Positions 38,519-47,858 of a stretch of 60,613 bases of DNA are shown piece by piece. Source of the stretch: Pseudomonadota bacterium (lineage in GTDB: Bacteria; Pseudomonadota; Gammaproteobacteria; Chromatiales; Chromatiaceae). The notes below the pieces were generated by a model. It saw only the letters and a list, made by a program, of their open reading frames with translations. It made no database searches and was not told where the DNA came from. Positions within the stretch are counted from its first letter, which is position 1, and each line of letters opens with the position of its first letter. The DNA is taken from positions 1 through 60,613 of the forward strand of contig JBPOHE010000007.1 in NCBI GenBank assembly GCA_052035915.1, given 5' to 3'. The translations under genes and the position numbers were made by a program.

Positions 38519-39337
38519 GGCCGATCTCCTCTATGAATGATGGATCTACAATATTTATTGTATACAATAATATCGGCGAATGAAAATAGAGATTCGGTCC
38601 TTTATGGGCATTGATTTCTAGCTTGAGGTAAAAAATCCGCAGATCGGGCCATGACCGGTCTTACTTTTCATGATGGCTGTCTGTCGCCTGGATCAAACCG
38701 GTATCAAGGCGGAACCTATCGGCGGTGTTGCTCGCATGAGGGCCGCCAGGATCCCGCACTCTAGGATCCAAGCCTAAAGAGTCGGGGTGCCAAATGATCC
38801 TGGAGATACCAGAGTCTTGACAGAGAGGACAAACCGCCATACTCCAACTTCATTTTTCGCTCGCAACCAAAAGCCATCCATAGTGAACACCCGGGTCATT
38901 ATCTGCACCGACCCTGGGTTATCTGTGTCTATGACAGCGTTTCTCAGCCGGAACCGACACCTTGGAGGGCACGACACAATAGGTTCAGGCCTCCCCCGCC
39001 TGTCGAGGCGGCGCGGCCATGACTCGATATGGAGCAAATGATGGTGAAGAATGGAATCTCAATCGGCGCTGTTTCTGGGGTTATCGCATGACAGGCGGCC
39101 TGTCTCGAAGTCCTTCTGGTGAGATATCCCCGAGACCTCGTCCAGCGGATCCGGCCGGAGACAGACAGAAAACCTTCCGGACCGCCTCGAGCTGGATCAT
39201 GGCAACCACCCTCTCGCTTCTGTTACAGTGTTTATCGGAAGCGAGATACGCCAGCCAAGGGCACCTCACCGCTGTTACGGGCTTCCAGCCTCAGTCTTTC
39301 CGCACAGATATCCCTTCGCCGAGTGGAGACGTTTAGC

Positions 39338-39790
39338 ATGTTTGGTTTCAAGGCCGCCGAATCCTATCAAAGCGAGCATTGCCTGTTGAAGAATGTGGGT
39401 GTCGCCTCATTCAACAAACAGCACCTCCGTCTCGCCAGTTATGCCGTGGAGTTCAACCAGATCGCCGAACAGCTCAAAGGCCGATCGCCGCGGCCCGAGG
39501 AATGGAAACAGATCGACGCCCTGTTCAGTCGCATCTCCATCTTCGTGGCGACGCACTTTCGCGAAGAAGAAGACATGATGGAAACCCATGCCTACCCAGG
39601 GTTTCCCGAACATAAACGCCAGCATGACCGATTCGTCGAAGAATTGGCGCGGATACAATCCCAAATCAACAACAGGAACGCGGATTTCAGGGGCCGCCTG
39701 GGCTCCCTGTTATGGGATTGGCTATACAAACATATCAACGAGACGGACTATCAGTATCGGGAATTCTTTCGCGAGAAAGGCGTTTCCTGA
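39338..39790 (+). CDS. Bacteriohemerythrin
   Basis: HF..EE..M....YP....H...H..F....DWLYKHI gives the hemerythrin His/Glu/Asp ligand pattern. Start trimmed to the ATG after GGAGA. Confidence 0.8.
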   Translation: MFGFKAAESYQSEHCLLKNVGVASFNKQHLRLASYAVEFNQIAEQLKGRSPRPEEWKQIDALFSRISIFVATHFREEEDMMETHAYPGFPEHKRQHDRFVEELARIQSQINNRNADFRGRLGSLLWDWLYKHINETDYQYREFFREKGVS

Positions 39791-39817
39791 TCCCGGGTGG
39801 ATGGAGTTCGACGGACG

Positions 39818-40144
39818 ATGAAGATCGGCAACCGGCTCGGCATCGGCGTTATGGTCTGTCTTTTGGCGACCGCCCAGATGGAAGCAGGAGCCCCGGCAAG
39901 CGCGGCCTCCACCCAGGAGGTATTGAGCCCCTCCCCTGGCGAGATCTCGCTTCAGTCAGGCTCCCTGCCCTCATCGCCACCCACGACCGGTCTGCCGAGT
40001 GAACGGGGACCAGGTGTCAATCCTCCCAAGACCCTGACCAGCTTTTTTCTCATCGGCATCGTGCTCAACCTGTTGCTGGTGATCCTGGTGGGATCCTGGG
40101 CCTACAAACGTCTTCGCAAACCTCGAAGGCCGAACAATCCGTGA
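39818..40144 (+). CDS. Small secreted/anchored protein (signal peptide plus C-terminal TM)
   Basis: MKIGNRLGIGVMVCLLATAQMEAG... followed by a Pro/Ser-rich stretch, then a TM helix and a basic tail. Confidence 0.35.
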   Translation: MKIGNRLGIGVMVCLLATAQMEAGAPASAASTQEVLSPSPGEISLQSGSLPSSPPTTGLPSERGPGVNPPKTLTSFFLIGIVLNLLLVILVGSWAYKRLRKPRRPNNP

Positions 40145-40776
40145 AACCAACGACGCTTCCGATCGGTACCCTGGCCGGGTTTCTACTCTGGGTTGGATTG
40201 CTGGGAGCCGCCCTGTTCTGGTGGAGTTCGGTAAGCCGACCCATCTCTCCTGAATTGAAACAGGTGCTGCGTAGCCAACCCCGGCTCTTGCAAGGCTTCT
40301 CCCTGGTTGATCAATACCAAAGACCCTTTACCGATGCCAATCTGCGGGGGAAATGGACCTTCCTGTTTTTCGGCTACACCTATTGTCCGGATATCTGCCC
40401 CACCACCCTCGGGACGCTCAAACAGAGCCTCGATCTGTTGCGTAAGACGCCCCAGGACGCGGACGATCTCCAGGTAGCCTTCGTATCCGTGGATCCGGAG
40501 CGCGACCGCACCGATGTATTGCGGAACTACATGGCCTATTTCGATAAAACCTTTATCGGTCTCACCGGACAACGCCAACAGATAGACAATCTGGTGGCCC
40601 AGACGGGGGCGGGATATATCAAGGAAGCGGAACAGACGCCAGGGAATTATTTGATCAGTCACAGCTCTTCGCTGTTTCTCATCAACCCGACCGGACAGCT
40701 GGTGGCGGTTTTCCCGCCACCACTCTATCCGGACTCGATCGCTTCACTCTACCGGGAGCTACGGGCCCATTATTGA
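40141..40776 (+). CDS. SCO1/SenC copper chaperone
   Basis: FLFFGYTYCPDICPTTL is the CxxxC motif of a thioredoxin-like SCO fold. Confidence 0.85.
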   Translation: MKPTTLPIGTLAGFLLWVGLLGAALFWWSSVSRPISPELKQVLRSQPRLLQGFSLVDQYQRPFTDANLRGKWTFLFFGYTYCPDICPTTLGTLKQSLDLLRKTPQDADDLQVAFVSVDPERDRTDVLRNYMAYFDKTFIGLTGQRQQIDNLVAQTGAGYIKEAEQTPGNYLISHSSSLFLINPTGQLVAVFPPPLYPDSIASLYRELRAHY

Positions 40777-40797
40777 TTCGCGCCCGGACTGATACTC

Positions 40798-41262
40798 TCA
40801 GTGGTGCCTGTGCTCGTGAGAATCTTCAGCACCTTTGCGGACTTCCACCATGAGGGGGATCGGGCGGCCCTCCTTGAACTCCAACTCCAGCGGGACAGTA
40901 TCACCCGCGACCAGGGCCTTTTGGGGCCGCATCAACATAAAATGATTACCACCCGGCTCGAACACCACCGTTTCGCCTGGGGGGATACGGATCTCATCCA
41001 GATGGAACATCTGTGCCATGTCATTCTGGATCCTTGTCCCATGCAACATGACATGACCAAAGAGCGGGCTGCTGGCACCGGTCAATATCCGCATGCCCTG
41101 ACCGGTATTCTGTATCTTCATATAAGCGGCCAGGGCCTCTGCTGTTGGGGGAGCTTCGCGTATCCATGGGTCCTGGATCCGAAGCGCGGCCTCTTCGGCC
41201 AGGAGCGGCGTCAGACTGGCCGCCATGACGATTCCAGCCAGAGCCCGAACCAAGGTGTTCAT
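40798..41262 (-). CDS. Periplasmic copper chaperone PCu(A)C (DUF461)
   Basis: Signal peptide. HVMLHGTRIQNDMAQM (H-x-M-x-M type Cu(I) motif). His-rich C-terminus. Confidence 0.8.
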   Translation of the reverse strand: MNTLVRALAGIVMAASLTPLLAEEAALRIQDPWIREAPPTAEALAAYMKIQNTGQGMRILTGASSPLFGHVMLHGTRIQNDMAQMFHLDEIRIPPGETVVFEPGGNHFMLMRPQKALVAGDTVPLELEFKEGRPIPLMVEVRKGAEDSHEHRHH

Positions 41263-41408
41263 CTATTCATCTCCTGTTTTCATTGCCGCGGCAAAGCGGT
41301 TTCGCTATCACACAAACACAGCCAGAGGTTCGCCCAAACCTTCAACAAGGGTTTTTCTTTCTGGCCACCAGAAGCCTCTTGGATGGCGGCTACGACGAGA
41401 GAAGGGTT

Positions 41409-41825
41409 ATGGACAAGATAAGTCTGCTTCCACCACTCCAGGCGACGCTGAATATCCTGGCCACCGCACTCATGATCGCCGCCTATTATGCCATTCGCCG
41501 CAACCACCCATCCGCTCATCGGCTAGGCATGATCGGCGCCTTGATTACCTCGATCCTCTTCCTCGGCTCCTATCTCATCTATCATCATGAAGTCGGCTAT
41601 GTGCCCTTCACCGGTCAAGGGATCATGCGTCCTCTCTATTTCACTATTCTGTTCACCCATATCGCCACCGCCGCGGCCATCGTCCCCTTGGTGCTCATCA
41701 CCCTGTTTCACGCCCTGCGGGGACATACCCAGCAACATCGACGGATCGCCGCCTGGACCTTGCCGCTGTGGTTGTATACCTCCATCACCGGCGTCATGGT
41801 CTATATCCTGGTGTTTCGGCTTTAG
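41409..41825 (+). CDS. DUF420 membrane protein (oxidase-associated)
   Basis: A 4-TM protein with the HHE motif LIYHHEVGY. RBS GAGAAGGG. Confidence 0.7.
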   Translation: MDKISLLPPLQATLNILATALMIAAYYAIRRNHPSAHRLGMIGALITSILFLGSYLIYHHEVGYVPFTGQGIMRPLYFTILFTHIATAAAIVPLVLITLFHALRGHTQQHRRIAAWTLPLWLYTSITGVMVYILVFRL

Positions 41826-42061
41826 CCCGCATTTCTCACCGGGCGCCGTAGCGAGGACGCGAGGGGCCACTGTGGTGGGGCTCACAGAGGAATCGGCGGC
41901 GAAGGCGTAGCTGAGACTACGTCGAGCCGAGGATTCCGCGTACGTCCCGCCACAGCAAGCCAATCGGCGTCCGCAGTAGACGACTGGTGAGAAATGCGGG
42001 CCAGATCCCGAGCCGGCCAGATCTCATACCCCTTGCTGTTGGTTTTTTCCTCATGAGCCAT

Positions 42062-42180
42062 ACGGGCCAGGCACTGAGGCGCGGATTTTCTGTTCTCTTA
42101 GTGAGAACAATTATAAAGAATAAGGCGATATTGTTCTTCAAATAAGAACTAAAATTACCCATTTTCCGTCGATGCCCGGA
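42062..42180. mobile_element. MITE-C family copy (C4)
   Basis: TGTTCTC-ttagt-GAGAACAAT-N21-ATTGTTCT-N7-AGAAC...CGTCGATGCCCGGA. Confidence 0.5.
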
Positions 42181-42295
42181 ACAACCGAGCCTGAATATGG
42201 CTTCCTGTCGAATCTTTCCCTCAGCGGTGAACGATGGGCTGGCGCGCGCCTCCGCCTGATCCACTCGAAGACCCAGCAGGCATTCGGAAAGGGGG

Positions 42296-42481
42296 TCAGT
42301 TCCGCAGCAGAAAGTGCAAGGCCTGGAAACTGGTCAGGGCCAAGACGAGGATGATCAGGAAAAACACCAGGCTGCGGTTTGGCAGCAAGGCGCCGCGTCG
42401 ACGCTCGATCAGATTGAGGATCCAGTCCGACAGGGCGTAGAGCAGCACCGCCACGACTGTGTAGGCGAGCATCTCCAGCAT
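42296..42481 (-). CDS. Small 2-TM membrane protein
   Basis: 61 aa, downstream of the HCO-like gene on the same strand. Confidence 0.3.
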   Translation of the reverse strand: MLEMLAYTVVAVLLYALSDWILNLIERRRGALLPNRSLVFFLIILVLALTSFQALHFLLRN

Positions 42482-42503
42482 GGGGTCGATCTCTGTGGGT
42501 TGG

Positions 42504-43886
42504 TCAGTTTCCGGATTTTCCAGGCCACATCGCCTTGAAGCAGATGATGAGAAACAGCAGACCGCCGATGATGGCAATGAGGCCGCCAAGCCCCATCAAT
42601 CCCATGCCGAGGGTCTCCTGCAAGGTATGCAGCACCTGGGCGCTACCGGCGGTTTTGCGCTGTACCCCATAGCCGCCCGACCAGGCCAGACCGAGCACAT
42701 GGAGCAACTGCCCACTGCCGTAAATGATAGGCTGCCAGCGCACCATCCAGCCCTCCGGGCGGCGAAACCCAAGCCGCGGGAGCAGATGATAGGTCACCCC
42801 CATATAGGCCAGGGTGACGCTGACGATGGACCCATGGTAGTGGGCAGGCACCGTGACATTGGCGCCACTGATCAAGAAACCGATGATCCCGCCGGCGCCG
42901 AAGAGGATGATGGAAAACCAGAGCGCGTTGCGTTCCGGTGCCTGTTCCACTGGCGAACGCCCCGCCCGCGCCAGGGCCCAAAGAATGGCCAGTCCTATCG
43001 GCAGACTGGAGAGACCACCGCCGTACTGCATGAGCCAGGTGAGCCCAAGCATGTGGTAGGCCGAACCGATCTCGTACCTCAGGTACAGGGGCAGGATCAG
43101 GAGCACGGGCGCCGCGCCCAGGCCCAGTATCAGGATGGCGACCCGCGGGCTCAGCGGTGGTCGGGCCTGGGAGACCCAGGCCAGCCACAACCAGGCGACC
43201 AACATCAACTGGGTATGGGTGAACTGAATGGCATGGCCGCCACCCCAGAAAAGGACCTCGTAATATTGGGCACCGATCAAGGAGGACGGAGTCCCCTTAT
43301 AGGAGCCCGCCAAGGCCAGCAGGGCGATCAAAGCGGCGACTTGTCCGGTGATCAGGCCAAACCCCAGCGTCTTCTCTCCCGGACCAGCCATTGCCATGGA
43401 AGAGCGGCTGAACAGGGAATGCAGCACCAGGATCAGGAAACCAAGACCGAACAACCCGAGTCCGACGAAAAAGACCGGTGCCTGCAACACCGGCACATAG
43501 TTGTTCATCAAGGGACCACCGGCCCCGACGAATGGCGAGATCGAAATCACCCCGGCCCCGGCCACGGCCAGATAGAGGGCCCCACGACCGCAGGCCCGGC
43601 AGCGGTCGTTCAGGTTCAGACTCCACAACACCCCCGCAAAGGCCAGGAACCACACCAGTACGGTCAGATCCACATGCACCACCAAGGCGGTATGGAAAAA
43701 ATCCACCCAGGGGATGAGATCCTGAATCTTGGGTGTCCGTGACAAGACGATGAGAATAGTGAACACACCGCCGACCACCAGGGAGCCCAGGGCCAGCCAC
43801 AGCCAACCTATGGCCAGGGAACGAGGCTCCCCGGTGGGAACGCGGAGCACGAAGGCCCCATCAATGGCATCTGTTTGTTGGTTCAT
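42504..43886 (-). CDS. Divergent heme-copper-oxidase subunit I-like 12-TM protein (NorB/NnrS-like?)
   Basis: 12 TM helices with conserved His in TM2 (HTALVVHVDL), LFWGGGHAIQFTH (compare LFWFFGHPEVY) and HYHGSIV in place of the HH CuB pair. Confidence 0.5.
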   Translation of the reverse strand: MNQQTDAIDGAFVLRVPTGEPRSLAIGWLWLALGSLVVGGVFTILIVLSRTPKIQDLIPWVDFFHTALVVHVDLTVLVWFLAFAGVLWSLNLNDRCRACGRGALYLAVAGAGVISISPFVGAGGPLMNNYVPVLQAPVFFVGLGLFGLGFLILVLHSLFSRSSMAMAGPGEKTLGFGLITGQVAALIALLALAGSYKGTPSSLIGAQYYEVLFWGGGHAIQFTHTQLMLVAWLWLAWVSQARPPLSPRVAILILGLGAAPVLLILPLYLRYEIGSAYHMLGLTWLMQYGGGLSSLPIGLAILWALARAGRSPVEQAPERNALWFSIILFGAGGIIGFLISGANVTVPAHYHGSIVSVTLAYMGVTYHLLPRLGFRRPEGWMVRWQPIIYGSGQLLHVLGLAWSGGYGVQRKTAGSAQVLHTLQETLGMGLMGLGGLIAIIGGLLFLIICFKAMWPGKSGN

Positions 43887-44383
43887 CGGAACAAGAATCC
43901 GTTTTCTGGGTTGAAGTCAATGACCAGGAGTTTTCCCACGAGCAGATCGGCCTGGTGTTCGGCGCTGTGGGTGAAGCCCTCGACCCGGCTGTTGTCGTTC
44001 ATCCGCACTTGAAAGGAATGCCGGCCCGCCGCTACCCGCAGGCTGCGAAAGATATCCACCGAGCCATCCTCGAACAATCCGGGTGACTTGGCAACCACCC
44101 GCAACAGGGGTTTCCCATCCATGAATAGCTCGACCTGAATGGGGGAGCGGGCGCGAGGACAATCGGTCGGTTTGCGCATGTTCGGCGGTAGTTTCGCCAA
44201 CTCCTCCGCCGTCAGGGTGCGACAGGGTTCCCGGGGCTGACCCGCATGGCCGAAGGCAAGGGTCACCTGCGCCTGGTCTCCTTCGAGATGGCGATAGGGC
44301 GGTGCGACGGAGAAATACCCCACCACGGCCATAAAGATGAAGTAATTCAGCGCCTGCAAGGGATAACGCCACCAACTAGACAT
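43883..44383 (-). CDS. Hypothetical periplasmic protein with N-terminal TM anchor
   Basis: 166 aa. The start overlaps the upstream stop by 8 nt (coupled). Confidence 0.45.
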   Translation of the reverse strand: MSSWWRYPLQALNYFIFMAVVGYFSVAPPYRHLEGDQAQVTLAFGHAGQPREPCRTLTAEELAKLPPNMRKPTDCPRARSPIQVELFMDGKPLLRVVAKSPGLFEDGSVDIFRSLRVAAGRHSFQVRMNDNSRVEGFTHSAEHQADLLVGKLLVIDFNPENGFLFR

Positions 44384-45995
44384 GAGACTCTCCCTGGCGC
44401 TCCGGCGATGGCTCCTGGGCCTTGAGTTCGCGCAATGAGTCGCGGAAGGCATCGAGTTCGCGTTTGAGCCAAGCCCCATCGGACTCGGACGCCCCCTCCA
44501 TCCGCCAACGCCGCGGATCGACACGGTTGCGGAGCACAGGTTTGCGCATACCGGCGAGGCGCTTGCCCAACCATCTGTTGCCGAACCGGAAATAGCAATC
44601 CGCCGCGCGGCAACCGGAGACCAGAACGCCATCGGCCCCTTTCTTCAGCCCGTATTCGATCAGGGATGGGGGGACCATGCCGCTGCAAAAGAGGCTGAGG
44701 CCAACCGTGTCCGGGCCGTTGAAGCGGGTAACATCGAAGCCGTGTTCGCAGCCCAGGATCAGGATCCGAATCTCGCCCTGCAATCCGGCCAGGGCGGCGT
44801 CGGTTTGCCGGCGGATGTCGTGCAGCGGGAACTGAGGCATGTCAATGCCGGTTTTCAAGACCTGATCGGCGCGGCGTAGCGGATTGGATGACGGACAGGA
44901 CCCCATGCAGATACCGCAGGCGGCACATAACTGAGGGGATACCACCACCTCGTACTCCCAATGGGAGTTGTCGGTACGTTTTTGCAGCGTGATGGCGTCG
45001 AAGGGGCAGTCATCGAAGCACTGACCGCAGCCATTGCAGTGGTTGAGATCGACCACCGCCGCCGGCCCGGTGCGCTTGCGCGGCAGCCAGGGCATGAGCA
45101 TGAGCAACAGGGTGACGCTCGTGGTCAGGAGCCAGGTCTCCCCGGCCGTCCAATAATCCAGCAAGGGATAGACATTGAGATAGAACCAGTCCAGATGCAG
45201 GGTGGCGGGAACCCGGCTGAGGTCCGCCGGTTCGTGACTCACCGCCGGCATGACCAATGACAAGGCCAGCAAGCCGATGAAGCTGCCGATCGCCAGCCCC
45301 CGGGGCGGGTTGATGCTGACATGGGAGAGCCGCCGTACATGAAACCAGAGCATGAACACCAGGAACATGGGTTGTCCCAGGAGATGGAGAAAACCCATGA
45401 GGATGAAAAAGCGATCGTTCAGGTGGCCTTCGAGAAAATTGCGTGTCATGGCCTCGGGAAAGATGGGCACCGCGTCCATGAGCCGGGAGGAACCGATGGC
45501 GACATACTGGGCCAGCAGATCCCACACCAGCCAGTAGCCGGTGATCCCCAGCAGGATGATCATCCACAGGGTCGGGATGCCGGTAAACCAGGAGTACCAG
45601 CGGAAACCGCGATAACGGTCGAGGGCGAACTCGCGGAACAGATGCAGCAGGATGGTGACCACGGCGGCGTCCGAGGCATAGCGATGCAGGCTGCGCATCA
45701 CCCCCCCGGCGTACCACTGTCCATGGGTGATCTGCTGCACCGAGGCGTAGGCGCCATGGATGCTGCTATTGAAAAAGACGAAAAGATAGAGGCCACTGAT
45801 CAGCACCACCCACAAAAAGAAAAAGGTCAGGGTTCCCAGGTGATAGAGGGGGTTCCAGGCGGGGGTGAAGGAAAGATTGAACCAGTCTTCGAGGGCCAGA
45901 TAGCCCCGCTTGATGAGATTGAAGGGTTTCAAGGCGGTATCCTCGCGGGGTACGGCTGGGGGGATCGCGGTCGTCTTGTTATCGCACAACCTCAT
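44376..45995 (-). CDS. Fusion protein: cytochrome b-like membrane domain, 2x[4Fe-4S] ferredoxin domain and MvhD/FlpD-like domain
   Basis: N-terminal cytochrome b/b6-like helices (WYAGGVMRSLHRYASDAAVVTILLHLF...). CNGCGQCFDDCP and CAACGICMGSCP clusters. C-terminal ILILGCEHG...LFCSGMV...GCRAADCYF, typical of the methyl-viologen-reducing hydrogenase delta subunit. Confidence 0.7.
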   Translation of the reverse strand: MRLCDNKTTAIPPAVPREDTALKPFNLIKRGYLALEDWFNLSFTPAWNPLYHLGTLTFFFLWVVLISGLYLFVFFNSSIHGAYASVQQITHGQWYAGGVMRSLHRYASDAAVVTILLHLFREFALDRYRGFRWYSWFTGIPTLWMIILLGITGYWLVWDLLAQYVAIGSSRLMDAVPIFPEAMTRNFLEGHLNDRFFILMGFLHLLGQPMFLVFMLWFHVRRLSHVSINPPRGLAIGSFIGLLALSLVMPAVSHEPADLSRVPATLHLDWFYLNVYPLLDYWTAGETWLLTTSVTLLLMLMPWLPRKRTGPAAVVDLNHCNGCGQCFDDCPFDAITLQKRTDNSHWEYEVVVSPQLCAACGICMGSCPSSNPLRRADQVLKTGIDMPQFPLHDIRRQTDAALAGLQGEIRILILGCEHGFDVTRFNGPDTVGLSLFCSGMVPPSLIEYGLKKGADGVLVSGCRAADCYFRFGNRWLGKRLAGMRKPVLRNRVDPRRWRMEGASESDGAWLKRELDAFRDSLRELKAQEPSPERQGESHV

Positions 45996-46016
45996 CCCGA
46001 GGCGACTTGATGGGTA

Positions 46017-46850
46017 TCAATGCCCGGGCAGTCCTGGGCCGCGACGCCATTCCCGGACGACAAACCAAGCCGCCAAAATAAGGATGAAGCCGCCAATGAT
46101 CAGGCCAATGAACAGCGACAGATCCACATAATAGGCATCGCGGCTGGGATCGTAGGTGGTGCAGAAGAAACGGATGCGATTGAGAAGACTAGCCAGGAAG
46201 GGCTGGCCCGGCTTGGGCTGCCCAAGCACTAATTCCTTGAGCGGTTCCACCAACAGCGGGGTCTCGAACACCTCGCCATAGACCTGACGATAGATGCGCC
46301 CATCGGCGTCGATGACCGTGGCCTGGATGATATGGTCGAAGCCGCGCGGGGAATCCACATAGGTGAATCCCAGCTCCCGCATCAGAGCCTCCGCCGTGGC
46401 GCGATCAGCGCTCAAAAGCAGCCAATCCGCCCCGGCGATGCCCTGGTTCCTGGCGAACTGGCGCATGGATTCCGGGCTGTCGTGCAGGCTGTCGAAGCCC
46501 AGGGTGGCGACACGAAAACTCTCTTGGCCCAGGGCCTCCCTGGCTTTGGCGACTACTTTGGCCAGATGCTGGGTGGTCAGGGGACAGACATGGTAGCAAC
46601 TGGTATAGACCAAGCTGAGCACCAGGGGCTTGCCCTTCAGGCTTGACAAGGAAAGTCGGTCTTCCGCACCTGTAGTGAAGACGTAGTCCCCCAAGGATCG
46701 GCCGATCGCCTGCTGGCTAGCTTCCAGGGCTCGCTTGCTATCGAATTTGGTGGTGGTTTCCTGATGTCCGGTCCTCGACCAAGCCGGGAAAAGTATCGCG
46801 AGCCAGGCGAAGATCAGCGCGCAGGCGAGGAGAGGGAGCCGATACCTCAT
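46017..46850 (-). CDS. SCO1/SenC-like thioredoxin-fold protein with C-terminal TM
   Basis: SLVYTSCYHVCPLT is the CxxxC motif. Start trimmed to MRYRLPLL. Confidence 0.7.
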   Translation of the reverse strand: MRYRLPLLACALIFAWLAILFPAWSRTGHQETTTKFDSKRALEASQQAIGRSLGDYVFTTGAEDRLSLSSLKGKPLVLSLVYTSCYHVCPLTTQHLAKVVAKAREALGQESFRVATLGFDSLHDSPESMRQFARNQGIAGADWLLLSADRATAEALMRELGFTYVDSPRGFDHIIQATVIDADGRIYRQVYGEVFETPLLVEPLKELVLGQPKPGQPFLASLLNRIRFFCTTYDPSRDAYYVDLSLFIGLIIGGFILILAAWFVVREWRRGPGLPGH

Positions 46851-46879
46851 CGGGGGATCCGCAGGAGAGGCGATCGAGG

Positions 46880-47737
46880 TCAAGACACCAGCCAGGCGTC
46901 CAGGACAGCGCTTGTCAATAGACAGGTCAGTTGCACCAGGGAAGCAAAAAAACAACTCATCGCGGTCTTGGCGGTGGGATCCCTGACCAGTTGGAGATTT
47001 TTCTGTAGAAAATAGCCCCCACCGATCAGGGCGCCGGCCAGATAGATCCAACCGAGACCAAAGAAAAAGGGAAGAATGGAAAATGTCACCAGGACCAGGG
47101 TGTTGAGCAATACGGCCCGCGCTGCCCGCGCATTGCCCACCACCACCGGCAACATCGGAACCCCCGCAGCGACATAATCGTCGCGCTGGGCAATGGCCAG
47201 ACTCCAGAAATGGGAGGGGGTCCAGAAAAACAACACGATGGCGAGAAGGATAGGTACCGGACTGAGACTCGGGTCAACCGCCGCAGCCCCGGCGAGTACC
47301 GCAAAACTGCCGGATGCCCCACCGATGACGATGTTGAGCCAAGTCCGGCGTTTCAGCCAGACTGTATAGACGATCGCATAGAAAAACGCCCCGAGAAAGA
47401 TATAGAGGGCGGCCACGCCGTTCAGCAGCAGTGCGGCACCCAAAACTCCCATCGCCAGCAGCGCCATGATCAACATCAACCAGAAGGGCGTATGGGAGAA
47501 ACTCCCGGTCACGAAGGGGCGGTTGTGGGTCCGCCGCATCCGACTATCGATATCCAACTCATAATATTGGTTGAAGGCACCGGCACTGGCGGCCGCCATG
47601 AGTACCGTCAGGGCCAGGACAAGGGTGTGCCAGCCGCCAAGAGGTTCTCCCGGAGTCACCACCATGGCCGCAATCGCGGTAAAGGCCATGATGATACCGA
47701 TACGGAGTTTGAACAGATTGGTGAGCTGCTTGAGCAT
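46880..47737 (-). CDS. ctaB: Protoheme IX farnesyltransferase (heme O synthase)
   Basis: A UbiA-family polytopic protein with NQYYELDIDSRMRRTHNRP motif. Start trimmed to MLKQLTN. Confidence 0.85.
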   Translation of the reverse strand: MLKQLTNLFKLRIGIIMAFTAIAAMVVTPGEPLGGWHTLVLALTVLMAAASAGAFNQYYELDIDSRMRRTHNRPFVTGSFSHTPFWLMLIMALLAMGVLGAALLLNGVAALYIFLGAFFYAIVYTVWLKRRTWLNIVIGGASGSFAVLAGAAAVDPSLSPVPILLAIVLFFWTPSHFWSLAIAQRDDYVAAGVPMLPVVVGNARAARAVLLNTLVLVTFSILPFFFGLGWIYLAGALIGGGYFLQKNLQLVRDPTAKTAMSCFFASLVQLTCLLTSAVLDAWLVS

Positions 47738-47858
47738 ATCGAACTCGCTGTCGGGGTTGACCGATCCCTGGTGCTTCTCCACCAAGCGGAGAAGCACCAG
47801 GGGTACGCTGTTGGACGGGACAAGAGATCTTGCCCCGCCCCGTATTTTCAAACCTGGG

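Noticed and set aside
42504-43886. Calling the 460-aa HCO-like protein a canonical cytochrome oxidase or cNOR subunit
   Set aside because: The CuB-site His pair appears as HYH rather than HH and the length is intermediate. Only a family-level 'HCO-like' call is justified without alignment.
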